Assembly: GCA_903813345.2 (NCBI GenBank)
Contig: CAIIXF020000001.1
Coordinates: 5,022,001-5,086,000 of the forward strand
Length of the DNA: 64,000 nucleotides
Direction of reading: 5' to 3'
Source of the DNA: Owenia fusiformis
Taxonomy: Eukaryota
A program made the translations under genes and the position numbers. Shown piece by piece: positions 41,982-54,598 of this stretch (positions are counted from its first letter, which is position 1; each line of letters opens with the position of its first letter). Below the pieces are notes generated by a model. It did not search any database. It saw only the letters and a program-made list of their open reading frames with translations, and was not told the origin of the DNA.

Positions 41982-42469
41982 AGCATTTCATATTATCAGC
42001 ATATTGTGCACTAAGAAAGCAAGGGGATTCAAATTCAAAAATATTTCTCTATCTATGTATGCGTACAATACTGAAATGCTATCCTACATGGATATTATAA
42101 CAGAATAAAGTATTTGCTTAGTTCATATACAAAGTTATATATATTTATCAAAAGATCATGATTTCCATGTCTTTGCTAAGCTTTATTTCATGGAATGTTA
42201 TCATTATATATTGTGATATACTGCAGCATTTCATATTATCAGCATATTGTGCACTAAGAAAGCAAGGGGATTCAAATTCAAAAATATTTCTCTATCTATG
42301 TATGCGTACAATACTGAAATGCTATCCTACATGGATATTATAACAGAATAAAGTATTTGCTTAGTTCATATACAAAGTTATATATATTTATCAAAAGATC
42401 ATGATTTCCATGTCTTTGCTAAGCTTTATTTCATGGAATGTTATCATTATATATTGTGATATACTGCAG
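41982..42469. repeat. Direct tandem duplication, 243-bp unit x2
   Basis: AGCATTTCATATTATCAGC... starts at 41982 and again at 42225; no differences seen. Confidence 0.95.
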
Positions 42470-45400
42470 TGAAACTGGTAAAAAGTTACATATTTCAGTA
42501 TTTGTAAAATCTTTGTGAATACTGAATAGTATACAGATTCATATATCATTAATGCAAAATAAAAAAGCAGTTGATTCTTTTGGGCTCAAATGTACACACA
42601 AAACATAGCACCTTTCATACAAATGTTCATGAGCTATTTGAAACCTGTATAAAGCAAAAAATAAAACAATACTACATTTGCAATACAAAAAACTTCCTAA
42701 ATGCCAATTAGCATGTTCCCATACCAAATAATTTTTACAAAGTACTTGTTAAGTGTATTTTCACCCAAAAGAAATACCAAAATGTTCAAATATAGGTCAA
42801 ATGTCATCATTTGAAGCAAAATATAGAAAATGCTAGAACTTGGGTAAAATGTACTATAGTAGCCAATGGCACACTTATGTGAATAACAGTACAAAGCAAT
42901 AATGAATTGCCTCAAATACCATGATTGTTTAGAGAATTGCACTTTACTTCAGTATTCGTTACACACATGAACATCTTTCTTTATATTTACTTGCATAACA
43001 TGGCTTTACTTGTAAATACCCATATATCTGTAAGCCATAGATATACCATTGCATAAATTTACATATATTTGTACCTAATGCTTCATGTTATACTAATATG
43101 TTATTCAAAATTTTTGTATTGACTTCTGACTATTTCTAACTACTGAAACTTATTTTCTCGCTTACATATTTTCATTGATTTAATACACGTTATATAACAC
43201 AGGGCTTAATAATAATAACCGCCTGTAAAAAAGGAGTAAATGTTCATATAATCATCTGAGCAAGATCATCTGTCATATAAATTTAGCAGAATATGCATGT
43301 ATTGCATTCAGGTATATATTTTTGTAATTGCACAGATTTGAATATAATGTTATTTTACTTAAAGTTTGAGAGTGATATCTTTATATACTAGATTTATATG
43401 TACATATACATTGTTTATATTGCAAAACCTTTTAATACCTGGGGAACCTTTAACATTATTTACCTGTATAACAGTTTGACACAGTTTGGACAGTTTACAC
43501 ATTCTTCAAATAACAGTAGTGTTTACAAATAAACATGAATTCTTGTCTTGATTAGAGCTGTTTTAAGTATGACATTTCCTGTTTTACAAAATTATATGTT
43601 GCACTTGCAAATATAAGTTTACTGTAAAATACAAATGCATTATATATTCTCATGGTGCATTAAATCTGCAATTTCATGACTGTTACAGACAGCTAGACAG
43701 CAAACCTAGTAGTAAAAAAAATTAGGACAGCTTACACTAGACTAGACTGCAGTACAATATGTTCTACTTTACTTGTACACATATGTGCAAACATGGCAAG
43801 GTTTTTTCACTTGAAAATCATGGACAAAAATGATTCCAATTTATAAAATAAAAAAGCAGCCCATGACTAGTTTGGCTGATTCTGAGTCCTGACTCTCTAA
43901 TTAATTGACGGATGCCTTATATATGCCTGATATACCTACATGTGTATCAAATAACAAAGAAAATATCAGAATAAACACTCTTAGTCATATCAACATAAAT
44001 TTGTTTATTTGGTCAAACATATTCAAATGAGATTCATCATTTTCAAAAAATTAGTAAAATAAAATCTTAACTTCTTACTTAACATAACTTTCTTATAACT
44101 TTGTATTTATGCAATGGGATATCAAACACGTAAAATATGATCTAGGCTAATTAGTAATTACCCACAATTACACAGTCCAGTGTTGAGTTGTAGTGAAGCA
44201 CATGACTGCTGTGGGTTGTTTCTTGTCCAGCATTCAGGCATTACAACAACTGAAAGAAAAAAGTTTTTAAATAATAATGCAATATACATGACAATAATGT
44301 GTTAATTGTATGGATTGTTATTACTAGTTATTACGGACATTAACAAGCCACGGGCTATTCTTTTTTGAAAACTATAATAAAACAACTTGTAAAAGTTGAA
44401 TTAAATTGGCAGATATAAGTCATACATTAGAAAATTACCAACCAAAATTACCAGTTTAAGCATTGGTGTGACCACTGATGAGTTTCAAAGGCACAAATCA
44501 TAAAGACAATACAATATTTATTATTTTCTAATAAGTATTATGTTGATCGGAAATTTTTTGCTAGATCCCACATTAAGCGGCCATTTTGAATTTTACGAGG
44601 CCTGAGACAGAAAAATTATTAATTTTTGCAATATACTTTAGATTTTTTCTAATTTGAGTATAATAAAGCTATACTTCAGAAAGATCTCAAAATTGACAAA
44701 AATTCCTGTTTTCTGACCCCCATACACAAAATTAAAATTCATACACTTTAATACAGTAGAACCTTTACTAGTAAACATGTCCTATTGAATCCCTACCAAC
44801 AGTTAACCTTTCTAGTTAGCAAGCGAACACTTCTCTGTCAAATCCATTCCATCAGTTAACATTTATATTTGGCAAAAGTTTTTTCTCCCATTGAGTCCCA
44901 TATTAAAACTTATTAATTTTAATACAGTAAAACCTGCGCTAATGAACACCTCTCTATTGAACCCCTGTAGACAGTTAACAAATATTCATTGTGCACAGGT
45001 TTTACTATATTCACATACTTAACAAATAACTACATACCATTAATCATCAATGAATATGTGGCACTAAACAATCAGCAAACCCCAATAGATCCTGCCTATC
45101 ACCACTGCATCCCATCTATTTCCACTGCTTCTCACCCCCTGCTTCCTGCTGGTCCATGTGTGGTCCCCATCTTCGGTTAGTCCATGCCCACCTATTACCC
45201 GCCTTCCAAAACCTAAATTTAACAGAAAATATGTTACTTAAGTTTAAAAATGGAATGCATGCTTTTGATATCTATAGTACACAACCTTAAAATCTGTAGT
45301 AAATATGTGCAACTGATAAACAGGTGACTTGAACACAGAAGTATACTGAACAATACAGGTTGACACAATGTTATTTTTCCTATGATGCATAGTCCTGGTT

Positions 45401-46521
45401 AATACAAAAACAATCAATCCTTATATTATTTCAGTATTTTAGAGTAAAAACTGTATTCTGTCACATAGTATTCAGGGGTGATGCTAGAATTGCCAACAAA
45501 CAGGTACAGGTATATCTTAGCAGGATTTTATTATTATGTTTTAAGAATATAATCACCTCCAAGTCCAGTATGAATTACTGATCAGCTTCTCCAGCACAGC
45601 ATAACAACAGGAAAGTCCATCCAACCTTAAACAAACAAAAAAGAATGATAATAACATTGCAAAAACCAAACTAGATATTCTCCCTTTTTAAGCTCTGATT
45701 CAAATGAAGCCAGAAGGGCTCACATTGGATATTTTACCCAAAATGTTTAAGGACCTAGCAAGAAAAGAGTACAGTTAAAGAAAACAAAGAATGAAATCCT
45801 GTGCTAAGGGCTGATCAGACCCCTCCCTTCCAAGGCGATTGCTCTACCACCAAGCTTTTCCCTATCAACATTACATATAACTGAAAACTAGACCCTAAAC
45901 TAGACCATACTACTGTATATTTCATATTTATAATTGAAAAACTGAAAGGTGTATACTGGTATATACATATAAATGTGTATTTTGATTTCATATTCTTCAG
46001 CAAGTTTTAACATCAAAATCATATAGGCTATTAAGAATCACATGTTCATGTTTTAAGTGAGCTTGATAATCTAAGGTTGGATTATATGTAAAACTCAATT
46101 ACAATTTTATATTTTCACCAGTTATTTTCACAAAGTCGCCTTTTGTTTTTTCAAGTTTTCCATGTTAAATTTATGATTTCCATTAATTTAGCCTGTTGTT
46201 TTCATTTACAGCCTGCTGTGGGAAATTCTAGTGAAACCTCTGTGTATGAGTTGAAAACCAATATGTTTCTACAATGACTCTAGAATACCTTTGCTTGTTT
46301 GCAATTTTATCATTCTTGGATTCACCACTTAAAATGCATAGAAATAACATACCTTGTATAGCACCTAGAGTGATAATACAGCATTGCCTTTTCTCAACAT
46401 CCACTGGTCAAATGAATGATAATAGGATTGAGGCCCACCTGAAAAAAAAGAAAAATAGTAATAATTTGAAATAAGAAATTGATTACATGAACAAATATTT
46501 CCATAGCCTGGCATATAACAT

Positions 46522-46796
46522 ATGTGCGCCATTCCCAGACATTTCGAGAAGGGGGCATCATCAAAGATTTTTTGGGCTCAAAAAAATTTTGGGCCCGAAG
46601 AAGGCCTTAAGGCCCAAAAAAGTGGGCCTTGAGGCCTTATTTTTGAATTCAAGACTAAATTCTGAAGAAAATGGCCCTCAAAATTTGGGCTTTAAGGTTT
46701 CAGGGGCCCAAAATTTTTTCCCGCACGAGCACAGAATTTTTTTTCTCTGACTGGAAATCTGGCCCGCCCCCTTGATGTTTCCCAGATCCGCCCCTG
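46522..46796. mobile_element. GC-rich short insertion (MITE-like) ending GATCCGCCCCTG
   Basis: Sharp composition shift with many GGCC/GGGCCC motifs; CAGGGGCGGATC-type terminus on the minus strand; left end and TSD unclear. Confidence 0.5.
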
Positions 46797-47131
46797 ATGT
46801 ATGTGGATACAGAAGATAAGCCAGCCGAGCAACAACAAAAAATGGCCCTTTTGAGGACCAACTCATACTACCAAAAGAGCATTGTATTTATGAATTAGGC
46901 TAGGCCAATATATCTACATAGGCTTATGATTAAAATCAAATAAGCCTACATATGTGTTGGCTTAAGTGTGAATGTTTGACTGATGAGAGACAATTTAAAA
47001 AGTATGATAATTACCTTTGATGGTGATGAGTGATCGATAGCTGCATCTCGTATCACATAACTATATGGTAGTATATCTGAAGACCACACCTAAAAAACAC
47101 ATGAAACTTTCAATTTTGCACATGCTATTTA

Positions 47132-47955
47132 TTGCAAGACTTATGCCTGGCACAACCGTCACCATGTTATTAAGTGTTTTTAAGTTTCGCAAGGATCCTG
47201 CCATGACTGTGGTATTGTTATCATGAAAGCGCTGGTATAAACGTGACAATGCTATATTATATTGCAATGCATATCATGACCGTGGTAATGTAAAAGCCTT
47301 ATTTTTACAGTGACAATGTTCACATTCTTGAATGAAATTAGAATTTCATTTTGTTGAAATGAATTATGAGTTAAAGTAGTAGTACATGTAGTAGTTGTCT
47401 AGATTAACATATTTAAGGTAGATAAACGATGAAAATTTTCATTACAGTATTCTCATGCTACTAAATGTAATTTAATATAACCATTGTTACGGTCATACTG
47501 TGCTTAAACATCATTACCACGGTCATGACAGGTTTTACAACCATTGCCTCAGTCATACAAGGCTTTTACATTACCATGGTAATGACAGGCCTTGCAATAT
47601 AATATATCAATGTCACGGTCATATCAGGCTTTAACGTTACCACGGTCACGACAGGCCTTGCAATATAATATAGCATTGTCGGTATACCTACCCCCATAAA
47701 TGTAGGGTTATATTGAGTTTTTTTTAAATTTAAGACATTTGTTTCTCAAAATAATTATTTTGACAAACAAATGTCCTAAATATAAAAAAAAAATCAAAAT
47801 AACCCCACATTTATGGGGGTGGTACTACGGTCCTGGTAGGATCCTTGCGAAACTTAATAAAAACACTATAACATGGTGACGGTTGTGCAAAGCATAAGTC
47901 TTGCAACAGATAAGGTCTCAAATTTTGACGGTTGTGCCAGGCATAAGTCTTGCAA
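47132..47955. mobile_element. Foldback/MITE-like inverted-repeat element with a nested ~140-bp palindrome (47686-47824)
   Basis: TTGCAAGACTTATGCCTGGCACAACCGTCACCATGTTAT...TTTCGCAAGGATCCT pairs with 47837-47905; the terminal 28 bp is duplicated at ~47926-47955; inner ACCCCCATAAATGT...ACATTTATGGGGGT. Confidence 0.8.
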
Positions 47956-50863
47956 CAGATAGGGTCTCCAATTTTGTTGAAAATCGGATCAAGAACTTTG
48001 GCTTTTAGTACAAACTCCTTCAATTTATTCGATAAATTGGTAAACCGGAAGTCATATTATCGGTTTTATTTCGTATATATCTCGAAAGATACCTGATGCC
48101 CCGTCAAAACTACTTGAAAATAACGAAAAACGATATGTTTTGAAACGAATTTCAACCATTTTGAACACCAAAGTTTAATGGCCCGCTGAAGATATGGTTT
48201 GCAGCGTACTCTGGTCTCATCGACTCAAAATTTATGTTCGTTGTTCGGACCCTCCAAAAACATACTTCTTTTCAAAGCATCGCAACGTTCTATACACCAA
48301 ATTGAAGAAGAATTTCTTACCTTTTAGAAAATTCAGGTCGCCATATTCATTCTACATGGAGGGGATCCCCTTTTGACTAGAAAGAGGTCGGGGTCGAGAT
48401 CTCGAAAAGTATCGCGAAGGCGCGAGATGTGCCAAATTTTAAAGAGATTTGGAAAAGAAATCTCTCTAAATAGGGCTTGGCGCAGATGACGGCCGATTGC
48501 CTGAATGTGTTAAATTTATTGAAGCACAGTTGGTATAAAGATAGAAATCCGATTTATAATTTCAATCCAGATGCCTAAAATTTAATAAAGAATGGACTGT
48601 TGTTGTGACCTGTAGTCATATTCTCCTCTCCTGGTGAATGGTTCAATGATACAATGGTACAATACATCTCCTCTAGATCTTGATATACATACACTTGGTA
48701 TAATAAAATGTTTGTAAAATGCAATCCGAACTTTTTATGAGAAATATGTCATTGAATTCGATATTCAACATATTTTTTATCTGTGTTCTATTTTCTCACA
48801 TTCGCCAAATTGTGTTTTCTATACTTTTCATGGTTAAAGTTGTCATCTTAGTGTTACTATCGTGATTAAATTGAAGTTGTCTGTATAGTTTTTACGTTTG
48901 CTTCTGCATCTCGTTGGTAAATAAAAGTTAATTTCCTTGGGGTCAGAATCTAGTACAGATGAAGGTCCGATCTTTTAAAGAAGTTAAATGAAACTATCGA
49001 AGAGGATATATGTGTACTCATTCAAATAATACACACAGACTCTACCCTCGTGTAATATGGGTTTGGGGTAGAACATACATTCATGCATTTATAAATCTCC
49101 ATTTTTGAATTATACTCTACAATTCTTTATTGCTTGAATAATGAACTGTCAACATGCTTTTCCAATGTGTAGCTAAAGGAACAATCCGGAAAATTGGTAG
49201 ATTCGATGCACCTTCACAATTCTTTACATTTTGCCCGAAAACATTTCTTAAATAAATGTGAATGAGTTCTGGATTATGATCTATCTTTAACATATCACAT
49301 ATAAGAAAATATGGACTTCAACAACAAAACTACGGGGAATTAACGCACAGACAAAATCAAAACTTCTCGTAAACTAGTGAAACAGATATCAATACATATT
49401 CCCTATGAATTAACTCAAATTGAAGTAAAACAATCTTACATTTTTTTGTTTATTTTGGAGGAAGCGATCTAGTCTAAAATGTATTTGCTCAATTTATGAA
49501 AGAGGATTCTGAACTATAGTAGCGGAATCTGAAATTGAATCTTTGGTTTATAGTTCCATCCGATGCTTCGTTTATCAAAGTTTTGATTTCATCATTGATA
49601 TACGTATTTAATTAAAATTTAACATAAGGTTAAAACCATCATTTGTTTCACAAAAACACTTCTAGGCATGTAAAAGTTAAAACACTAAATTATAGTTTAT
49701 CCAGTTGAGAAAAGTAACTAAAGAAAACAGAGAGATAAGAGTAACTATGCTGTCAACAGACTCACACCATTGTAACACGAAGAAACTGCTCGTAGCAACC
49801 AGACCAGCGAAAACACAACTGAATTTGTCAACACTGCGCTCATATTTCTTCTGGTTTCCACACAGTATCAATCTAACGTGTTTATTTTATAAAGTCTAGC
49901 AAATCGGAAATGGACTTTTAAATGGGAACGTGTGGACAGAACAGAACAAACTGTACTGTAATTTTCCGGATCGTGTTTCTAATGGGATACTTGGGGTAGT
50001 ACGTAATACTCCAGTGTGAGATTAACTACCAGACGTTTCACATAAATCAACTAATGGATATGCCTCTCTGACTAGCGATAATTAATAAGAAATTGATGCC
50101 GCGTACTTAAAGAAAAGTTAATGTTTCTTATCTTAATACCATATCTTGTTTTCACACATTTTGTGTTAAGAAGGTCTTTAGGTTGAGTGGATAAAATGCT
50201 GAGTTTCTGTCTTGATGGAACGGGCCACCAATAAACAACCTCTGACAGATAAGAATATCTGCTAATTATAACTAATTCGAAAAATATTTACAACCCAAAC
50301 ACGTGTATGAACCATTTGAAAAATATGATGAACGATTTTGCAGATTTTCGTATGATTATCTTGACTGACTATTCGTCAAAATTGAACAGCAAGATTGCCT
50401 CCAAGACAATTGCATTATTAGCAATATAAAACACATCGCGATATCCTTCTGAAATCACTATTTTACTGGATATCGAAAACCCCATGTAAAGTAATCGTCG
50501 CGTTTTTAAATCTTTAAATAAAAATCGTACTAAAATCGTACTACATCATCTTCCAACCGGTTTAATCAACATATATTGGAACGTAATGATTACGTAACAA
50601 GTGACGACTTCTCTATATACTTAGAATGTTGATTTACGTTCTCATTTAACATATATTATTTATTTTTATATCACTATCATATTCCTCACTCTCTGATTGG
50701 TCCATGTAATACACGTGACAAGCGATATCAAATGATATTCACCGGTCCGACTATAAGTCCAGTGTAATTTTAATTTTATATATACCCGGGAGTACATTGT
50801 TATGATTAATTAGACATCAATATTTTGTTATTTCATCAATGTGAGTGAGGAACAAAATGATAA

Positions 50864-51006
50864 AACAAATATTTAATTATATTTTCGGTGAATACCTGTG
50901 ACTCTTTCTCAAGATTATATTCCACTAGCCCTTTGGGCTTCGTGCACGTGGAATATCACGTGTGAAAGATGCACGAGTATTCACCTCAATAGAATTAAAT
51001 ATTTGT
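50864..51006. repeat. Degenerate ~140-bp hairpin in Mox intron 1
   Basis: ACAAATATTTAATT..GGTGAATAC..TCTTTC..ATATTCCAC..AGCCC TTT GGGCT..GTGGAATAT..GAAAGA..GTATTCACC..AATTAAATATTTGT. Confidence 0.75.
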
Positions 51007-51783
51007 ATGATAATATGTCCGGGTCAAATTAAAAATATATCTCATCTTTACCAAAAAAATACCGCATGTGAAACAAAAAGTCGTATAACTAAATTGAACC
51101 TCATTGATGACAAAATAAATAATAGAGAGTAAATGTTAAACTAACTATTAATTTAGCCAATTGTTTAACATCGCTTATTTAAAACCGAAGGTATTACATA
51201 TTTGTTTTTTCTTATTTTTGAACAAAAATTATTATAACATCGTGTAACTATAGTAGACTGAGAAACAAATACTAATTAAAACTAATCAAATTGGGACCAG
51301 AGTCTCATTAGAAGCTAATTACATTATATTATCTGGTGGGGTCATTGCATTTGTTTGATTTTTTATTTGGCATATAACCATAGTGTAACATTTAATAAAG
51401 ATGAAACAAATTGTTGAGTGTTGATATCCAAATACAGGAATAAAAATTTAAAAGTCCAAAATTAACGGACTGCCTCAAACTTTGCGTTTGCGATTGTGAC
51501 ATTTGTGATAATGAAAAGTAACGTGAGAACTTCCCAAATGATTATGGCCCAACAGAATATTAAAATAAATGATTCAATGGTTCCTGATGGCATAGGGGAA
51601 GTTAGGGGAAAAAACTAAGAAAAAATTCAAAATATCTTTTAGCCCTTTGTAATTTCATTTACGAAAGTCTAGATAAAACCATTTTGTGACTTATGATATA
51701 TGCAATACCAGGTAGTTGTACATAGGTATACATTTTAAGATTTTCTAAAATCCCTTAATTATTTTACAATTTTGTGACTTCAG

Positions 51784-51959
51784 ATTCCAATTCGGATAGC
51801 TCCTACCAGTTGGACCTGAGTTCAAAACCAAGAAAAGAACGCACTGCCTTCTCAAAGCACCAAATAAAGGAGTTAGAAAAGGAATTTTCAGTCCACAACT
51901 ATCTGACTCGACTGAGGCGGTACGAAATTGCCGTGGCCCTTGATCTCACAGAGAGACAG
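51784..51959 (+). CDS. Mox: Mox/Meox exon 2, homeodomain helices 1-2 ([59 protein letters not shown])
   Basis: KPRKERTAF and [14 protein letters not shown] are diagnostic for Mox/Meox; cttcag| acceptor, CAG|gtatgt donor. Confidence 0.97.
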
Positions 51960-53887
51960 GTATGTGGATGGATGTTTTATTTAGCACTTCAAAGAGAATA
52001 AGTAAAGATCTGAAAAATGCAAACTTCTAATTAATTATGGTGACATATTCTCTAATTTTCATGTGTAGATAAAAATGTTTGAAATCTATCGAAAGAATGA
52101 TGGATTTTGTTTTGTTTAATAGTAATAAATAAATTTGCAGAACTATGTTAAATAATCTAAATAATCTGAAAATGTTTGTGAACAGTATCTAATTCGCAAC
52201 AACAAGTTTTAAAATGATATACTACATGTATATAAGAGGATTTCCAATTACTAAAATTACTTGAGTCATCCGATCAATTACTTATGTCTTTTAGTATAAT
52301 GGTTATCTAATATGTTCCTAAATACATTAATTACAGCGGGCCTTAAATGAGTAATAACATTACATATCAAAATTTCTAAACTTTTGATAGATAATTGAAA
52401 TCTTATTTTTGCTACAAGTTTTAAACGTAATTAATATTATAAACGGAAAGTACTGAGTGCTTTTTAAAATCATGTATTTACATTAAAAGAAGTAATGCTT
52501 ATTGGTAGTTGTTAGAACAATTTAATACTTCGAGTTATTATTTGCTTGTTATGAGTAAAATAATTGAACCTACTACTAGTATATGAAAAGTAACTATTAT
52601 TGAGAAGTAACTTGTTCTGCATGTTCATATTTTGGTGTCAGAAGCAATTATGGATCATCCAGAGTCTGCTAGCAATGGGGATACTATTGAGTTTAAAATA
52701 GGGTAAAATAACGCTAAGAGATTTTCAGATTTTATCAATATAATATATATAGGTGAAGTTGAGTATAAAAATGAAGTATTTTTGCCCCATTGAGTTAGAG
52801 ACTTAGTTGACAGACGTTTTTTCAATAAAATAGTGAAAATGAAGTGATAGTATTTGACAGTATTTGCTTCTACCTTTTTAAAATTTGCCTCGCAAATTTA
52901 ATATTTGCCTCGTCAATTTTTAGATTCTGGAAACGTCCCTGTCGACTTTATTGTCAGAAAATAATGTCTAAGAATTATTTAATAACCAAATTAGAAACCC
53001 AAAGTTCCAAACCCATTAAGAAAAGCCTTAATGTTCGAAAATTATATTGAAGTAAGAAGTTGAATAAGAAGTTGTATTTTATGTCTATTGCTTCATTTTT
53101 TAACTCTGACCAATGTACATGTGCATCTACAGTATAGCTTGTCAAAAGTTTAAAGCAAGAATAACATGCGCCATGTTTATGGCAAGAACGAAGTTACCAT
53201 GTAATGAGAAGTCGAGCACACATGGTCCAAGTCATGTTGCTTTCAACACCCCACCTGGTAAAGCTATCCAGCCATGATAAACTCCTATGTGCCTATGTCT
53301 TACCACATACTATATCAATCTATAATATACACGAGGACAAGCGGGTTAGTTGACGTACTGATGTTTCTAGCACGATTTAGTAGAAGAGTTCACGATTTAG
53401 TAGATACAATATGAATGCAGATTTTATGTTTAGGTAGAATGACAAGCACGCAGTTTGCCATAATGGATCTGGAAATTGTTGTTGCGAATTAGATAATTAC
53501 CAACGTGTCGTTCTAATCTTACATTTATGTTTTAAGAAGTATATGGAAATACATGTTTGGTTACTATAGCAACAACATGAAAGAGATCAATTTAACGAGC
53601 TTAATTGAGTATGGGGTATCATAGAGCGCAGCGCAACAGGTTTCAACCAAGTTCTCAGCTGAGAAAACACCCAACAACCACATAAGTTTGCAAATTAGGA
53701 ACAGCTTTGCTAGCAGCTGTACATTCAACATTTAACTCTAAATCCCGACAATTAGTCAGTCATCAAGTCGTATATTTTTGATTTGGCCACTCATTAGCAC
53801 CAAATTAATTATATCGCTTGATATTATCACATTCTTGCTTTATTGTTGATGACAACTACTACTCCTTATTTTATGATCAAATGGTGT

Positions 53888-54598
53888 CAAGGATAGGTAT
53901 CGACATGGTGAACTGAATTCAACAATGTTTTTCTCTAAAACCAATTATTGAAAACATTCTGTAATAAAACGGTCCTTTATGTAATGTTGACTGATTGGCA
54001 ACAATTTAATGCAAAAATTATTTATATATATTTTATATAACTGTTTTTGTTTTTTAGTGCAATTTTTTCTTGTTCCTTTCTACCAATTCTTGAGAATGAA
54101 ATAAATTGTCTTTCCGAACCTTTTTGTTGAACAATATAACATTTTCTTAGACCTCTCAATATTACAGTTATACAAAGGAAATTTTGGTTGATTGTACAAA
54201 AAGTATGGAAAAACTTAAAACAACCCTCAAAATAGATAAAAATGAAGATACACATTTTATTTCATTAACAAGATACTTTTTTAAAATCAACCAAACTTTC
54301 CTTTATACAAATATTGAGAGACCCTAAACACATTTTGTTTACGTCGTTTTGTTCCAATTAGGTTCGGATAGATGTTTCATTTCATTCCGAACATATGATA
54401 CCAAGAACAAAAGAAGTGTCTGATGTGTCTAAAACAATATAGAGAAAATGATAAAAAAATATGTATTTCAAATTATAATGTTACCATCCAAAAGATGACT
54501 ATTAAATTGACGATGTGTAAAATTTTCAGAATGTTTTGATAACTGGTTTAAGAGAAACGCGTGTTCAAAAAGTTCACCATATCGATACCACTCCTTTG
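53888..54598. mobile_element. ~710-bp MITE, copy 1 (Mox intron 2)
   Basis: TIRs CAAGGATAGGTATCGACATGGTGAACT / AGTTCACCATATCGATACCACTCCTTTG; internal inverted repeat (~54105-54192 vs ~54285-54375); reverse complement of 57078-57804. Confidence 0.88.

Larger units (their letters stand above)
43985..48200 (-). ncRNA. Predicted spliced non-coding transcript antisense to Mox, inside the 7.5-kb element (ends approximate)
   Basis: Colinear minus-strand exons with consensus sites: donor after 48093; 47076-47015; 46438-46353; 45625-45557; 45212-45038; last exon from 44249 with AATAAA at 44009-44004; the 46438-46353 exon has stops in all three frames. Confidence 0.5.
40967..48503. mobile_element. Putative ~7.5-kb non-autonomous DNA transposon in Mox intron 1
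   Basis: AAT|CAGGCAGTGAGCC...GGCCGATTGCCTG|AAT (10/13 TIR match, 3-bp TSD); CpG-rich ends of ~500-600 bp, CpG-poor interior; no transposase ORF. Confidence 0.55.
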
